A DNA stretch of 30,033 bases. Origin: Bdellovibrionota bacterium (GTDB lineage Bacteria > Bdellovibrionota_C > UBA2361 > JBGSMV01). The stretch covers positions 1-30,033 of the forward strand of contig JBIKWF010000047.1 in NCBI GenBank assembly GCA_044356455.1, given 5' to 3'. Position numbers and translations under genes: made by a program. Position 1 is the stretch's first letter; every line of letters starts with the position of its first letter. The notes below the pieces were generated by a model, which was not told the origin of the DNA, ran no database searches, and saw nothing but the letters and a program-made list of their open reading frames with translations. Of the stretch, positions 8,791 through 17,654 are shown one piece after another.

Positions 8791-9579
8791 TTACGCAGGC
8801 TGCACGGCGCGCCTAATTTTATCCTCAAGCGACTTCACTACCGACGCCATATTTTTTGCAGCTCTGTCGATTGCATCAAGTGCTTGAGCGGTCGGTCCGC
8901 TAGCTGCGGGGCCTCCCGCCTTGGCGACGAAAAGCATGGCTACGATTTCTTGCAGTGGGTTGTTAAGGTCGTTTCTAAGATCCGCTCCAAGAGAGCTTAT
9001 TGCTTCGGTCGAAATTTGTTTGTCGATTTCGCCTGACTTTACGACCGGAGCTGAAACACGCAGTGACTTTCCCCTCAGTGATAGTACTCGGTCTCCGGTT
9101 GACTCCGCTTTGGGCTGAAGTCTTCGCATGTGAGATACTTCGTATCCTCCAGATTTAAAGGCTTCAAGTTGCGAAGCACTCGCGTCTCCTACGATTGCAA
9201 CATCGGGGGGCGACTCCCTTGCTTGTAATATCGACTTTAGTCGCAAGAGGCCTCCGTCCGGCAGTACGGCGCTTGATACCACCAAATCGATTGAACGCCT
9301 GCTCAGTATAAGCTTCGCGAGTTCTAAGGACGGCGCATACATAATGGAGCAACCGGGGATGCTCAGTGTGAGCTGGAGAGTGATCTCTTTCGCCATTTCC
9401 TGACTAGAATTGATGACGAGTACGCGGTACTCGCGTTCTGAGACAGGGTGTGGATCGGGAGCTTGTAGTCGAGCCGACTTGCCTTGGGGCTGGGGGAGGG
9501 GAACGTTTCGCCGGGTGAACATACCGCGCCATCCTTCCACCGAGCGGCTGCCTAGCTGCTCTGGGGCACAAAACCTCAT
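8791..9579 (-). CDS. Pseudo-receiver + HisKA-like dimerisation domain protein (no HATPase)
   Basis: REC-like RVLVINSS...DLVVSSAVLPDG and H-box-like LRNDLNNPLQEI at the C-terminus; start may be ATG at 9522. Confidence 0.7.
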   Translation of the reverse strand: MRFCAPEQLGSRSVEGWRGMFTRRNVPLPQPQGKSARLQAPDPHPVSEREYRVLVINSSQEMAKEITLQLTLSIPGCSIMYAPSLELAKLILSRRSIDLVVSSAVLPDGGLLRLKSILQARESPPDVAIVGDASASQLEAFKSGGYEVSHMRRLQPKAESTGDRVLSLRGKSLRVSAPVVKSGEIDKQISTEAISSLGADLRNDLNNPLQEIVAMLFVAKAGGPAASGPTAQALDAIDRAAKNMASVVKSLEDKIRRAVQPA

Positions 9580-9805
9580 TATCCCGAAGAAACGACGTCT
9601 CTCAGGGGCCCGTGAGGAAATAGGTCAGAGGGTGATCGGGCCTCATTTTGCCCTCTTGTCCCTTATGATGCAGAAGGCGGCGCAGCGTTGCGTTGCTATA
9701 AGAAGTTTAAAGCAATTATTTTTTGGAGGTCTGAGCTACAGGCCGAGTAGGTCGCTTTGACTGTGATCTTTTGTTCTTCGTAGGGGGCAGTGCTGCGACG
9801 TGCGC

Positions 9806-11437
9806 TTAAAGCTTGGGCCTTGGCAAAATATAGGGAGCTACGAGCTGCTCCTCTTTGGCCTGGAGTTCCAAATTACTAATAAGGACTGCCGGAGAAATAG
9901 TAGTGACGGGTATGAAGCCCGACTCTGCGCCGCAGAATCCATTATCAACCGCTTGATGGTCTCCCACCGCAATGATGTTGTTAATGGCTTGGAGCGGGGT
10001 CCCCACAAAATTTACTCCGCGCACCGTTTCCTCTCGTCCGTCTGGATACACCAATGTGGCGAAAGAGATCTCTCCTGCGAATGCCTGGAAATCATAACTT
10101 GTCGTGTCAGTCTCGCCCCCGGAGGTTTCATACACAATCATTCCGAAGGGTTTGTTTTGAGCGCGAATCTCTTCAACGAGACGTTCTTTGAGTCCTTCGA
10201 ATGAGAGCGTTTTTTTGCCCTTAACGACAGTAACTGACATGCGGCTAATGGGCCGCTGATACTTCTTACTGCGTGCGTGTCCATTGGGAATATGCTTTCG
10301 AGGAGTTAATGCTGCTCGGGAGTTGAGAAAGCCTTTTAGAATGCCATCCTCTACGAGCACGGCATTGCGGGCGGGAGTGCCTTCATCGTCGTAGCTGTAC
10401 GATCCTATGCACTTGATTCCGGCAAAACGTGTCAGGCGCGGGTTGTCGTGAATTGAAATCGGGACATTAAATACTCGCTTGCCAACTTGACCCTTAAACG
10501 TTTGTCCTTCCCCGGCTGAGAGAAGGCGGCTGCCTTCAAGCCTATGGCCGATTGCTTCGTGGAAAAGAAGGCCAGAAGGAATCGGATAAAGCAGCACAGG
10601 CCCAGAAAATGAATGGATCGTTCGCGCGCGAATGAGCTTGAGGAGTTGGCTGTGCTTCTCGCGAACGAGCTTCTTGAAGGTGCGGATGTCAGGGAGTTCC
10701 TCTTGGGAAGCGCAATTTATTACGAGTTCGCGCTCAATAGTTGAGCCTTCGTTGGTGAGTTTTCCAATCATTACCGAAAGAGAAAACACGCGCTGATGCT
10801 GAACTATGACACTCCCCTCGGTGTTGACGAGGATCTTTGTCATTTGTTCAGCATCAAATTCTATCCAGCTACTCGAAACGTAAGGGAGCTCCGAGAGCCA
10901 GGCCGACATGTTTTTGCAGAATTTTGTCCAGTACTCTTCGTCGACACGCTCTGGCCGCGCAAAGCTCATGTAGCGCTGTGGCTTGAGCTTCTGGAATGAG
11001 GCGAGTCTCCGATTGGGATCTACTCGGGAAATACGGTTTGCTTCTTTATCGCTGAAGTCTGAGAGTGCTTCACGAAACTTTGCTTCCGTTAAGCGCCAGA
11101 CTGCGAGCCTCAGGCCGTCGTAAGAGCGATCGTCAATGGGAACGGTAACGTGCGAGACAGACTCGCGTTCATCGTCATTGTCCCTAAGCCCGCCGTTGGT
11201 TGTTTGATCGTAACGATAAGAGCCAACTCGTATGTCGCAGTATGCATTGCGGGTCCGGTCGGAGCGGCGGCGATAGGTTGAGCCGTTTGCGGCCCAGGTA
11301 TTAAACCATTCACTGTCCCTAAGAAGCAGGGAACAAAAATAAGGGCGGGGGAACCCCTGTACGTGCATACGCAGGGCTCTCCTGGCGTCCTTCTTTAGGA
11401 TATCTACGATTCGAAGGATGGCGGGCCTCTGGAGCAT
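9806..11437 (-). CDS. TldD/PmbA family metalloprotease (TldD-like)
   Basis: LFHEAIGHRLEG (HExxGH), YDDEG, NGHAR, NGFCGAESG..PV..ISPA. Confidence 0.9.
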   Translation of the reverse strand: MLQRPAILRIVDILKKDARRALRMHVQGFPRPYFCSLLLRDSEWFNTWAANGSTYRRRSDRTRNAYCDIRVGSYRYDQTTNGGLRDNDDERESVSHVTVPIDDRSYDGLRLAVWRLTEAKFREALSDFSDKEANRISRVDPNRRLASFQKLKPQRYMSFARPERVDEEYWTKFCKNMSAWLSELPYVSSSWIEFDAEQMTKILVNTEGSVIVQHQRVFSLSVMIGKLTNEGSTIERELVINCASQEELPDIRTFKKLVREKHSQLLKLIRARTIHSFSGPVLLYPIPSGLLFHEAIGHRLEGSRLLSAGEGQTFKGQVGKRVFNVPISIHDNPRLTRFAGIKCIGSYSYDDEGTPARNAVLVEDGILKGFLNSRAALTPRKHIPNGHARSKKYQRPISRMSVTVVKGKKTLSFEGLKERLVEEIRAQNKPFGMIVYETSGGETDTTSYDFQAFAGEISFATLVYPDGREETVRGVNFVGTPLQAINNIIAVGDHQAVDNGFCGAESGFIPVTTISPAVLISNLELQAKEEQLVAPYILPRPKL

Positions 11438-11526
11438 TTTACTAGGATACGGGATATTGCCAGATTTAAAAATGAAGGGATCTCGTAGAGAGATCGAAAA
11501 GACGTTGTTTTATTGAGGAGTTCTAG

Positions 11527-12063
11527 ATGGTTGAGAGTCAAAAAGTTCGTCGTTTGGCGCTGGCGGCGGAGCTTGAGATCCACGAAGGAGCAGACCTTTT
11601 GGCCTTCAGGGAGCAGTTTATCCGTCCTGAGGATAGGGCGGCCCTTCCTGAACTCTCGGTGCCTATGGTTTACCCTTTTGAATCTGATACAGAGACCGAG
11701 GCAATAGAGGACCATATCATCACGGCGCTCTCGGGGGTTCCCAAGTTTAAAATTTTGCTGCGTGGAATTACCGGGTATCCGGGTGGCTTTGTCTTGATGA
11801 ATGTTAAGACCGGAAACGATAGGCTTATTCTGGTCCACGATTTGTTGCATCAGGGGGCTCTGGCTGCTGCGAGTAATCCACTGTACACCTTTTTCCCCCA
11901 CGTGCTTCTCTTTCGCTGCGGTTCGCCGGAAGATACCAAGACCGCGGTTCTTAGGGGGCAAGCGCTTCAGAAGGGCTTTGAGGCAACGGTGCGCTCATTA
12001 CGTATTGAAGAAGTTGCAGATAATGGGGCGGTCCGGACGGTATCGGCGATTGATTTAGAGTAG
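11527..12063 (+). CDS. 2H phosphoesterase / 2'-5' RNA ligase-like protein, degenerate
   Basis: YPF after the first motif position, PKFKI, L..H..L, FFPHVLL second motif; first HxT missing. Confidence 0.6.
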   Translation: MVESQKVRRLALAAELEIHEGADLLAFREQFIRPEDRAALPELSVPMVYPFESDTETEAIEDHIITALSGVPKFKILLRGITGYPGGFVLMNVKTGNDRLILVHDLLHQGALAAASNPLYTFFPHVLLFRCGSPEDTKTAVLRGQALQKGFEATVRSLRIEEVADNGAVRTVSAIDLE

Positions 12064-12140
12064 GCGGATTGGAATTAAGCAACGCGGCGCCCATCCCAAG
12101 GGGAGTGATCTCATAAACTGATTTTTTCTAAGAGTTTTCT

Positions 12141-13304
12141 ATGACTTCGAAAAACGCATATTGCCCTCAGTGTGGGGGGAGTACCCCAGATGCCGCGAAA
12201 TTTTGTCCTTCGTGTGGGCACGCGCTTCAGGGCGGTGCATCTATCGCTCAGGCTGCCGCTTCTGGGAGGTCTTCTTTTTTGCCGAGGTTTGCCAAGCTCT
12301 CTGGCTCGCATGTGATGCTTGTTGGCGTCCTCACTGCTGCAATTACCGGAGCAGGCTGGTTGGTGAAATCCAATTTGGCTGGTGCGAAGCCTACCACTAC
12401 CTACGAGGAAGTTTCGGCAAAGAACGATCCTTCAAAAAATAATCCAGAACTGAAGAATTTGCGGGAAGCTGCGGAGAAGTCGCCGGGACAGGTTCAGGGC
12501 TGGAGAGACCTTGGCTCGGCGCTCCTGACTGAGCTTCAGACAGAGGATAAGCCTTCTCAGCAGCTCATTTTTGAAACTATTGAAGTACTCCGAAAAGTTC
12601 TAGACCTTGACCCTTCTGATAAATTCGCCTTGCTTACCATGGCAGATATATCGATGAACCAGCAGGTCTTCGATAAGGCGGCCGAGTATTACAGCCGCTA
12701 CCTTAAGGATTCTCCCTCCGATAAATTGGCGCGTTCGCGGTACGCGAGTGCCTTGGCATTTACTGGAAAAGCAGATCAGGCCGTGAGTGAACTTAATTCC
12801 GTGCTTAAGGAGGAGCCTACAAATTTCTCCGCTCTGGCATACCTCGCAGTAACCTATGCACAAATGGGCAAAAAGCCTATGGCGCTTGAGGTCGGGGCTA
12901 GGGCGCTTAAGAATGCTCCGTCTGAGGAGGCTCGGGCTCGCTTCTCTTCTTTTCTTGACTCAGTGAAAAATGAAGACGCCCCGTCTGGAACTGCTTCCAC
13001 AGACCAAGCTTCCTCAAATGCCAACTCTGTGAGAACTGAAGCGTCTGGCTTGAAAGCCGTTGAGGCTTTTGTGCGGAGCAATCAAGTCGCAGGGCCAAAA
13101 TTTGAACGAGCTGCCTTGGTAGATGGCATGGTCGCCCTCTATTTCAAGGATTTCCCCATGGATAAAATGCCGCCTTTTGTGAAAGATAAATTCACTACGA
13201 GCGTGCGCGAGCAGGTGCAAAAACTTGTCCCGGAAGCCACGAGAATCTCCTTTGTAGATTCAGGAAGTGGCGCCGAGATGGTGGCACTTAAGGCCAAAGA
13301 CTGA
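12141..13304 (+). CDS. Zinc-ribbon, transmembrane, TPR-repeat protein
   Basis: CPQC..FCPSCG ribbon, hydrophobic helix at ~aa 57-75, several TPR-like repeats (W..LG..L, ALLTMA, A..YLA..YA..G). Confidence 0.8.
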   Translation: MTSKNAYCPQCGGSTPDAAKFCPSCGHALQGGASIAQAAASGRSSFLPRFAKLSGSHVMLVGVLTAAITGAGWLVKSNLAGAKPTTTYEEVSAKNDPSKNNPELKNLREAAEKSPGQVQGWRDLGSALLTELQTEDKPSQQLIFETIEVLRKVLDLDPSDKFALLTMADISMNQQVFDKAAEYYSRYLKDSPSDKLARSRYASALAFTGKADQAVSELNSVLKEEPTNFSALAYLAVTYAQMGKKPMALEVGARALKNAPSEEARARFSSFLDSVKNEDAPSGTASTDQASSNANSVRTEASGLKAVEAFVRSNQVAGPKFERAALVDGMVALYFKDFPMDKMPPFVKDKFTTSVREQVQKLVPEATRISFVDSGSGAEMVALKAKD

Positions 13305-13422
13305 TGCTCCCTAGTGTATATGTCTGCTGCGCGGGTTCTTCGGATTCCTGGGAACAGACACACATCTTGCCATCTTGTCAGAGGCTGTCGCGGTGTGAGC
13401 GACAAGGCTAAGTGATATATTT

Positions 13423-14928
13423 TTACGCCATTAATAGGGGCAGCGGCAAATCGGCATCTTCTACATGGTAAGCGGGTCCAAGCATTTGAGTCGTCGGTTG
13501 ATATCCGAACCCAAACTCGTCTAGTCCGGCTCCCATGGTGCCCTTGATTGCGCCGTAACCGCCGTATTGGAACTCTCCCACACGTGGGCGCTCGTAGTCC
13601 TGTGGCTCGAGCCCCATCGCCTGAAGCACGCTCACGAGAAATCGATTATAGAGGAACCCCGGTCGCATGACCGCGCCAGTTCCGCCGCTGCCCCTTTCAA
13701 AGGAGGAACTAAGGTTGCGGTAGTCAATATAGTTACCGGTGGTGATGCGCCCATTAGCTGAACCAAAGGTTACTACCACTTGATCGACAATCCCGTGCGG
13801 ATAGCGGTTTTCAGCTACCCACATGATAAGCGAATTCTCGAGCATGGTTTTGCCATTACTTTCAGTAAAAGCCGCCATCTTAGAGACGAGATCGAAAAGA
13901 ATTTGCTGGACGAAGAAGCGATTGCGGTCAGCGATAAAGCTCTGTCCTGCTACCTGGTGCCACAGATGCGCGGTGCCATGCCAGTCAGCAAGATAGTCAA
14001 GTACGGTGCCCATGATCGTGGCAACTCTTGTGATGCCACAACGCATCGCTGCAATTATGACATCATTAAAGAGTTGGTGAATTTGCACTAAGGTAGGAAT
14101 GGTCGGGGCCGAGTTAAAGGCGAGAGATGGCGGAGTTGAGGGAGGCTCGCAGATGATTGCACTTCCAAGGCGATTCTGTAGGTCCTGTAGGTGCGCAATG
14201 TGGCCCTCAAAAATGTTTTTGTCCTGGGCGCTAAGTTTCGGATTATTGCGGACGTTTGCGTAATCGGAGAAGACCGCATCCACTAACGTGCGTTCCTCGT
14301 TGTATCTTGTGCCGCTGCCGCCCTGAAAAAGCGTGTTGAATACTGCGCGGGGATTGAAGACATGTGGCACTGCGGTCACGGGACCAGAAAGCGCTCCCGG
14401 TGTTGCATAGGCAACAGAGGAGCTTCCTTCCGCGTCAGGATGCACGACAATCGATCGTACTATGCCTTGAGCGTTCGAATAGATTTTCGGGGAGTAAGCC
14501 AAGATTTGGTCAATAGTGGCCTGCTCGGGGATACCGGGAGCCACAATCGGGTGAGAGAGATTTCCGCACACCGCCGTGGTGCTGTGCTCAATGGAGTGCG
14601 ACACGTCGAGCCCGCGGAGCACATTCATACGGCCGATATAAGGATTAAGAAAAGACCCCAGCACTGGGGAGATATTGGGCGTGAGGGCGCGGTGCCGTAT
14701 GACATGCCCAGGGTAGACCTCCACTGAGGTTGCACCAGGTTGTTCACCGATTATTGACGCGTCCAACATTCCGCCATGCGGAGTCCAGCACATAATAAAA
14801 CGAGGCTGGATGGCCATGGACTGGGCCAGTGCCTCCTTGGGCAGGAGTGATTCGAGAAATGGCAGAGCAAGGAGGCTTCCTCCCATTCCCGTAAGGAACT
14901 GCCTGCGTGTAAGAGCGTGGTATTTCAT
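13423..14928 (-). CDS. DUF1552 family protein with Tat signal
   Basis: N-terminal LTRRQFL.G....LALPFLESL, PHG, TIDQ..A, NPRAVF..LF, TRVAT, GKTMLENS, FGSANG; 4-bp ATGA overlap with upstream gene. Confidence 0.88.
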   Translation of the reverse strand: MKYHALTRRQFLTGMGGSLLALPFLESLLPKEALAQSMAIQPRFIMCWTPHGGMLDASIIGEQPGATSVEVYPGHVIRHRALTPNISPVLGSFLNPYIGRMNVLRGLDVSHSIEHSTTAVCGNLSHPIVAPGIPEQATIDQILAYSPKIYSNAQGIVRSIVVHPDAEGSSSVAYATPGALSGPVTAVPHVFNPRAVFNTLFQGGSGTRYNEERTLVDAVFSDYANVRNNPKLSAQDKNIFEGHIAHLQDLQNRLGSAIICEPPSTPPSLAFNSAPTIPTLVQIHQLFNDVIIAAMRCGITRVATIMGTVLDYLADWHGTAHLWHQVAGQSFIADRNRFFVQQILFDLVSKMAAFTESNGKTMLENSLIMWVAENRYPHGIVDQVVVTFGSANGRITTGNYIDYRNLSSSFERGSGGTGAVMRPGFLYNRFLVSVLQAMGLEPQDYERPRVGEFQYGGYGAIKGTMGAGLDEFGFGYQPTTQMLGPAYHVEDADLPLPLLMA

Positions 14929-17210
14929 TCAGATTTCCTCAACCGGAATGTCGGCGTATTTGCGACTTTCTTTAACAGCTGTTTTATAGACCCATTTGGC
15001 TTCGTTAATTCTTGTCGTAAGGCCTCTAGCGTACAGCTGTCCTGTTCCAGGTTTTCATGGCGACGGAAGCTGTAGCGAAAATAACGCCTACTGAGACACA
15101 TTTCAGCTTTGCCGCTTTCGACAATGCGATTGTTGAGCTCGGTCATGGTGGAGCTTGTGCGGTAATCACCCTCTACAATCGCAGATTCAACTTTGCTATT
15201 AATCGGATGATTTCCCAGCAGCGCTCCGCTCTGATCGTAGACAAGCTCAGTGCTGCGAAACCTGCCGAGTGAGTCAAAAACCTCCAAGCCAAAGCCAAGA
15301 GAATTTATCTTGCGGTGGCACGTCATGCAGTTTGATGGACTTGTGATAATCGAGAAGCGTTCTCGCGTCGTTCTGGATGCGTCAAATGCGGGGAGTTTGA
15401 CCATCTGCATGGTGGCCGGGTCGGGATCTGGCAGCTCATCGCATAAGATTTCTCTTCGTACTCTCGCACCGCGTTTGAGAGGATTGGTGTAGTACTCCCC
15501 TGCCACCAAACTTGCAGCTCTGGTAAGGGGCCCCTTTCTATTTTGGTTCTGAATAACCACGGGCGGAGATTGCGGTATCCATGCGGGGGCTTCGTAGATA
15601 GCCGCAAGCGTCTGAGTCCTCGCAAAGGAGAGATTGCTCTGGAACACGTCCTTCCAAGTGCCGTCCGTTTGCCAAGTGTAGTAGTCGAAGAGATCGAGCA
15701 GCTCTTGCCTCATGTCTTCACGAAGCGCTTGGCCCCCCGCGGGAATATTCAGACCTTCTGCAAAAGCTTGGAACGCCGGTGAGTTCACATTGTTGATCCC
15801 CGGAAGCCGCTCTAATCGAAACCACTGCGCAAAGAAATCGCTGCTCATTTCCTTCGTGCGATGCTCGGAAGCATCTGCGAACACGCGGTCGAGTTGCTGC
15901 TGAAATCCAGTCTCAGTGAGAATTGACCCCGTTCGTGCTGACTCAAATAATTCCGAGTCAGGGAAAGTTCCCCAGAACTGATAGGAGAGGCGAGAAGCGA
16001 GCTCATATGCGCTTAAGCGCAGGACGCCGTCTTGTCCTGACTCGGGTATTCCGTGAATTTCGAGGTGGTGCAGAAAATGAGGGCTCATCAGCAAGCGAAC
16101 GAGAAGGTCTCGAAGCGCGCGATCCGACTCGCGGCTCTGAAAGAATGAGCTTAGCTCAGAAACCTCGTCATCGCTTAAGGGGCGGCGGTACATCTTGAGC
16201 CCAATTGCTCGGACCGCAGAGTCAAAGCAAAGTAGCCCCTCGAACGATGAGCTAGGAATGCAGGACGAGCCTAAAAAGGCCTGTGCTCGTTCTGGGGTAG
16301 CGGTGACTTCTCCGGCAAGGGCTTTTGCTACTTCGAACCACGCGTCAATATGTTGCTGAGAAATGCGCGCGTCGAGCTGCTCAAAAATTTGTTCATCAAG
16401 AAAACTGCCGCGCGGAGCGTCTGGTGGGACGGAGCTTACGATTGGTTCAAGCTCTGTCCAAATGGCGAGCTGGTCGCTTGCGCTGAGGGGACGCAGAAGG
16501 TCGTACACTGAGTTGGTATATTGCTTTCTTGAAAGTCGCTTGAGGGGAGATGGGCTTAGAGCGAGGGGTTCTTCACACGAGAAACTGCGAGGCTCCTCTG
16601 CATTTTCGTTGGGAAGGGCGCGAATCCATTTTGCGATTGCGAGAACTTCCTTCACTGGGATGGGCGGCATGCCCTTAGGCATTGACGCCGGAAGATATCC
16701 CTCTGGGTTTCCCGCGAGATGGGAGTAAATGGGGGAAAGCTCAAGACTTCCTGGGATCACGCGTCCGTTTTGGATATACCACGATTCGGAATTTTGCCAG
16801 GAGCCTTGTGTCACATGGCACGTCATGCAGCGGCGTTGCAGGATAGGTTTAACAGAGGAGAAGGGGACGCGGGGGAGCTGCGGAGGGAGTTTAAGTGTTT
16901 CTTCGCACTTTATCGCCTCTTGTTTTAACTTGACGAAGAACTTTCTTTGCTTCTTCTTTGTCGCCGAAGCGCTAAACGGAAGACGCACGTCGGCAAGCCT
17001 TCGAATCTCGCTGCTTGAGAAGCGCTTCTTCTTCATCCCCGGAGGCGCCGTTCGGAGTGTGATCATGGCGAGCTTCTTACCTTCGCTTGAGCGACCTTCA
17101 CTGCAGGTAAGCCTCGTTCTTGATTGAGCGGTCGCGAGGGAGGTGAAAAGAAAGGTCGCGCAAAGAGCTGCGCTTAATTGAAATAACAACTTGATTTTTG
17201 CGATTCGCAT
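14925..17210 (-). CDS. DUF1592/DUF1588/DUF1595/DUF1587 protein with planctomycete-type cytochrome c domain
   Basis: Signal peptide from ATG 17210 (ORF extends to 17285); CMTCH...MP..I..WI; LKRLSRKQY.NSV.DL; YRRPL; LMSPHF; YELASRLSY..W..PD; second CMTCH..IN.LGFGLE.FD..G..R. Confidence 0.9.
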   Translation of the reverse strand: MRIAKIKLLFQLSAALCATFLFTSLATAQSRTRLTCSEGRSSEGKKLAMITLRTAPPGMKKKRFSSSEIRRLADVRLPFSASATKKKQRKFFVKLKQEAIKCEETLKLPPQLPRVPFSSVKPILQRRCMTCHVTQGSWQNSESWYIQNGRVIPGSLELSPIYSHLAGNPEGYLPASMPKGMPPIPVKEVLAIAKWIRALPNENAEEPRSFSCEEPLALSPSPLKRLSRKQYTNSVYDLLRPLSASDQLAIWTELEPIVSSVPPDAPRGSFLDEQIFEQLDARISQQHIDAWFEVAKALAGEVTATPERAQAFLGSSCIPSSSFEGLLCFDSAVRAIGLKMYRRPLSDDEVSELSSFFQSRESDRALRDLLVRLLMSPHFLHHLEIHGIPESGQDGVLRLSAYELASRLSYQFWGTFPDSELFESARTGSILTETGFQQQLDRVFADASEHRTKEMSSDFFAQWFRLERLPGINNVNSPAFQAFAEGLNIPAGGQALREDMRQELLDLFDYYTWQTDGTWKDVFQSNLSFARTQTLAAIYEAPAWIPQSPPVVIQNQNRKGPLTRAASLVAGEYYTNPLKRGARVRREILCDELPDPDPATMQMVKLPAFDASRTTRERFSIITSPSNCMTCHRKINSLGFGLEVFDSLGRFRSTELVYDQSGALLGNHPINSKVESAIVEGDYRTSSTMTELNNRIVESGKAEMCLSRRYFRYSFRRHENLEQDSCTLEALRQELTKPNGSIKQLLKKVANTPTFRLRKSE

Positions 17211-17654
17211 CACTTCCAATCCACCCGTGCGAGGTGGCCCCCAAAAGAGTGAAAGCATGAAGTGTGCCACTCCCCTAGGAAGCAAGTTGGGGTCATTGTT
17301 ACCCTTGAAAATCGAAACAGTTCCAAATGCTTAGAGAGGAACTGGCGCTGGCCGTTTCTTGATGCGGCGAAAAGGCAGGGAGCTAAGAGCCTTGCGCTAT
17401 GAAACAAGTGATACGCAAGGAAAGAGACCCTTGAAACAAGTAGTTTTTCCTGGGCCCACTCCCTCTGGACTGGTGCGCTGCATGGATTTCCTAGTTCAAA
17501 GGCCTAGAAATCACCGAGAAGACATTGATTTCTGTCCCCTCCATGGATTTATAGCGCGCAAACATCCCTAAACGTCTCTCTTATGTCGTCCCTAGAAGGC
17601 GCAGAGTCAGATTTTCTCAAGGTTTGAGGCATATGGCCAAGGCGGCCCTCTAAC

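Noticed and set aside
12082..12096. ACGCGGCGCCCATCC resembling a family A REP end
   Set aside because: 13/15 match, but tag mutated and no partner stem arm; too degenerate to call
17560..17654. Sigma-28 or sigma-54 promoter for the flagellin
   Set aside because: Only weak matches (TCAAG-N14-GCCAAGG); no convincing GCCGATA or TGGCAC-N5-TTGC
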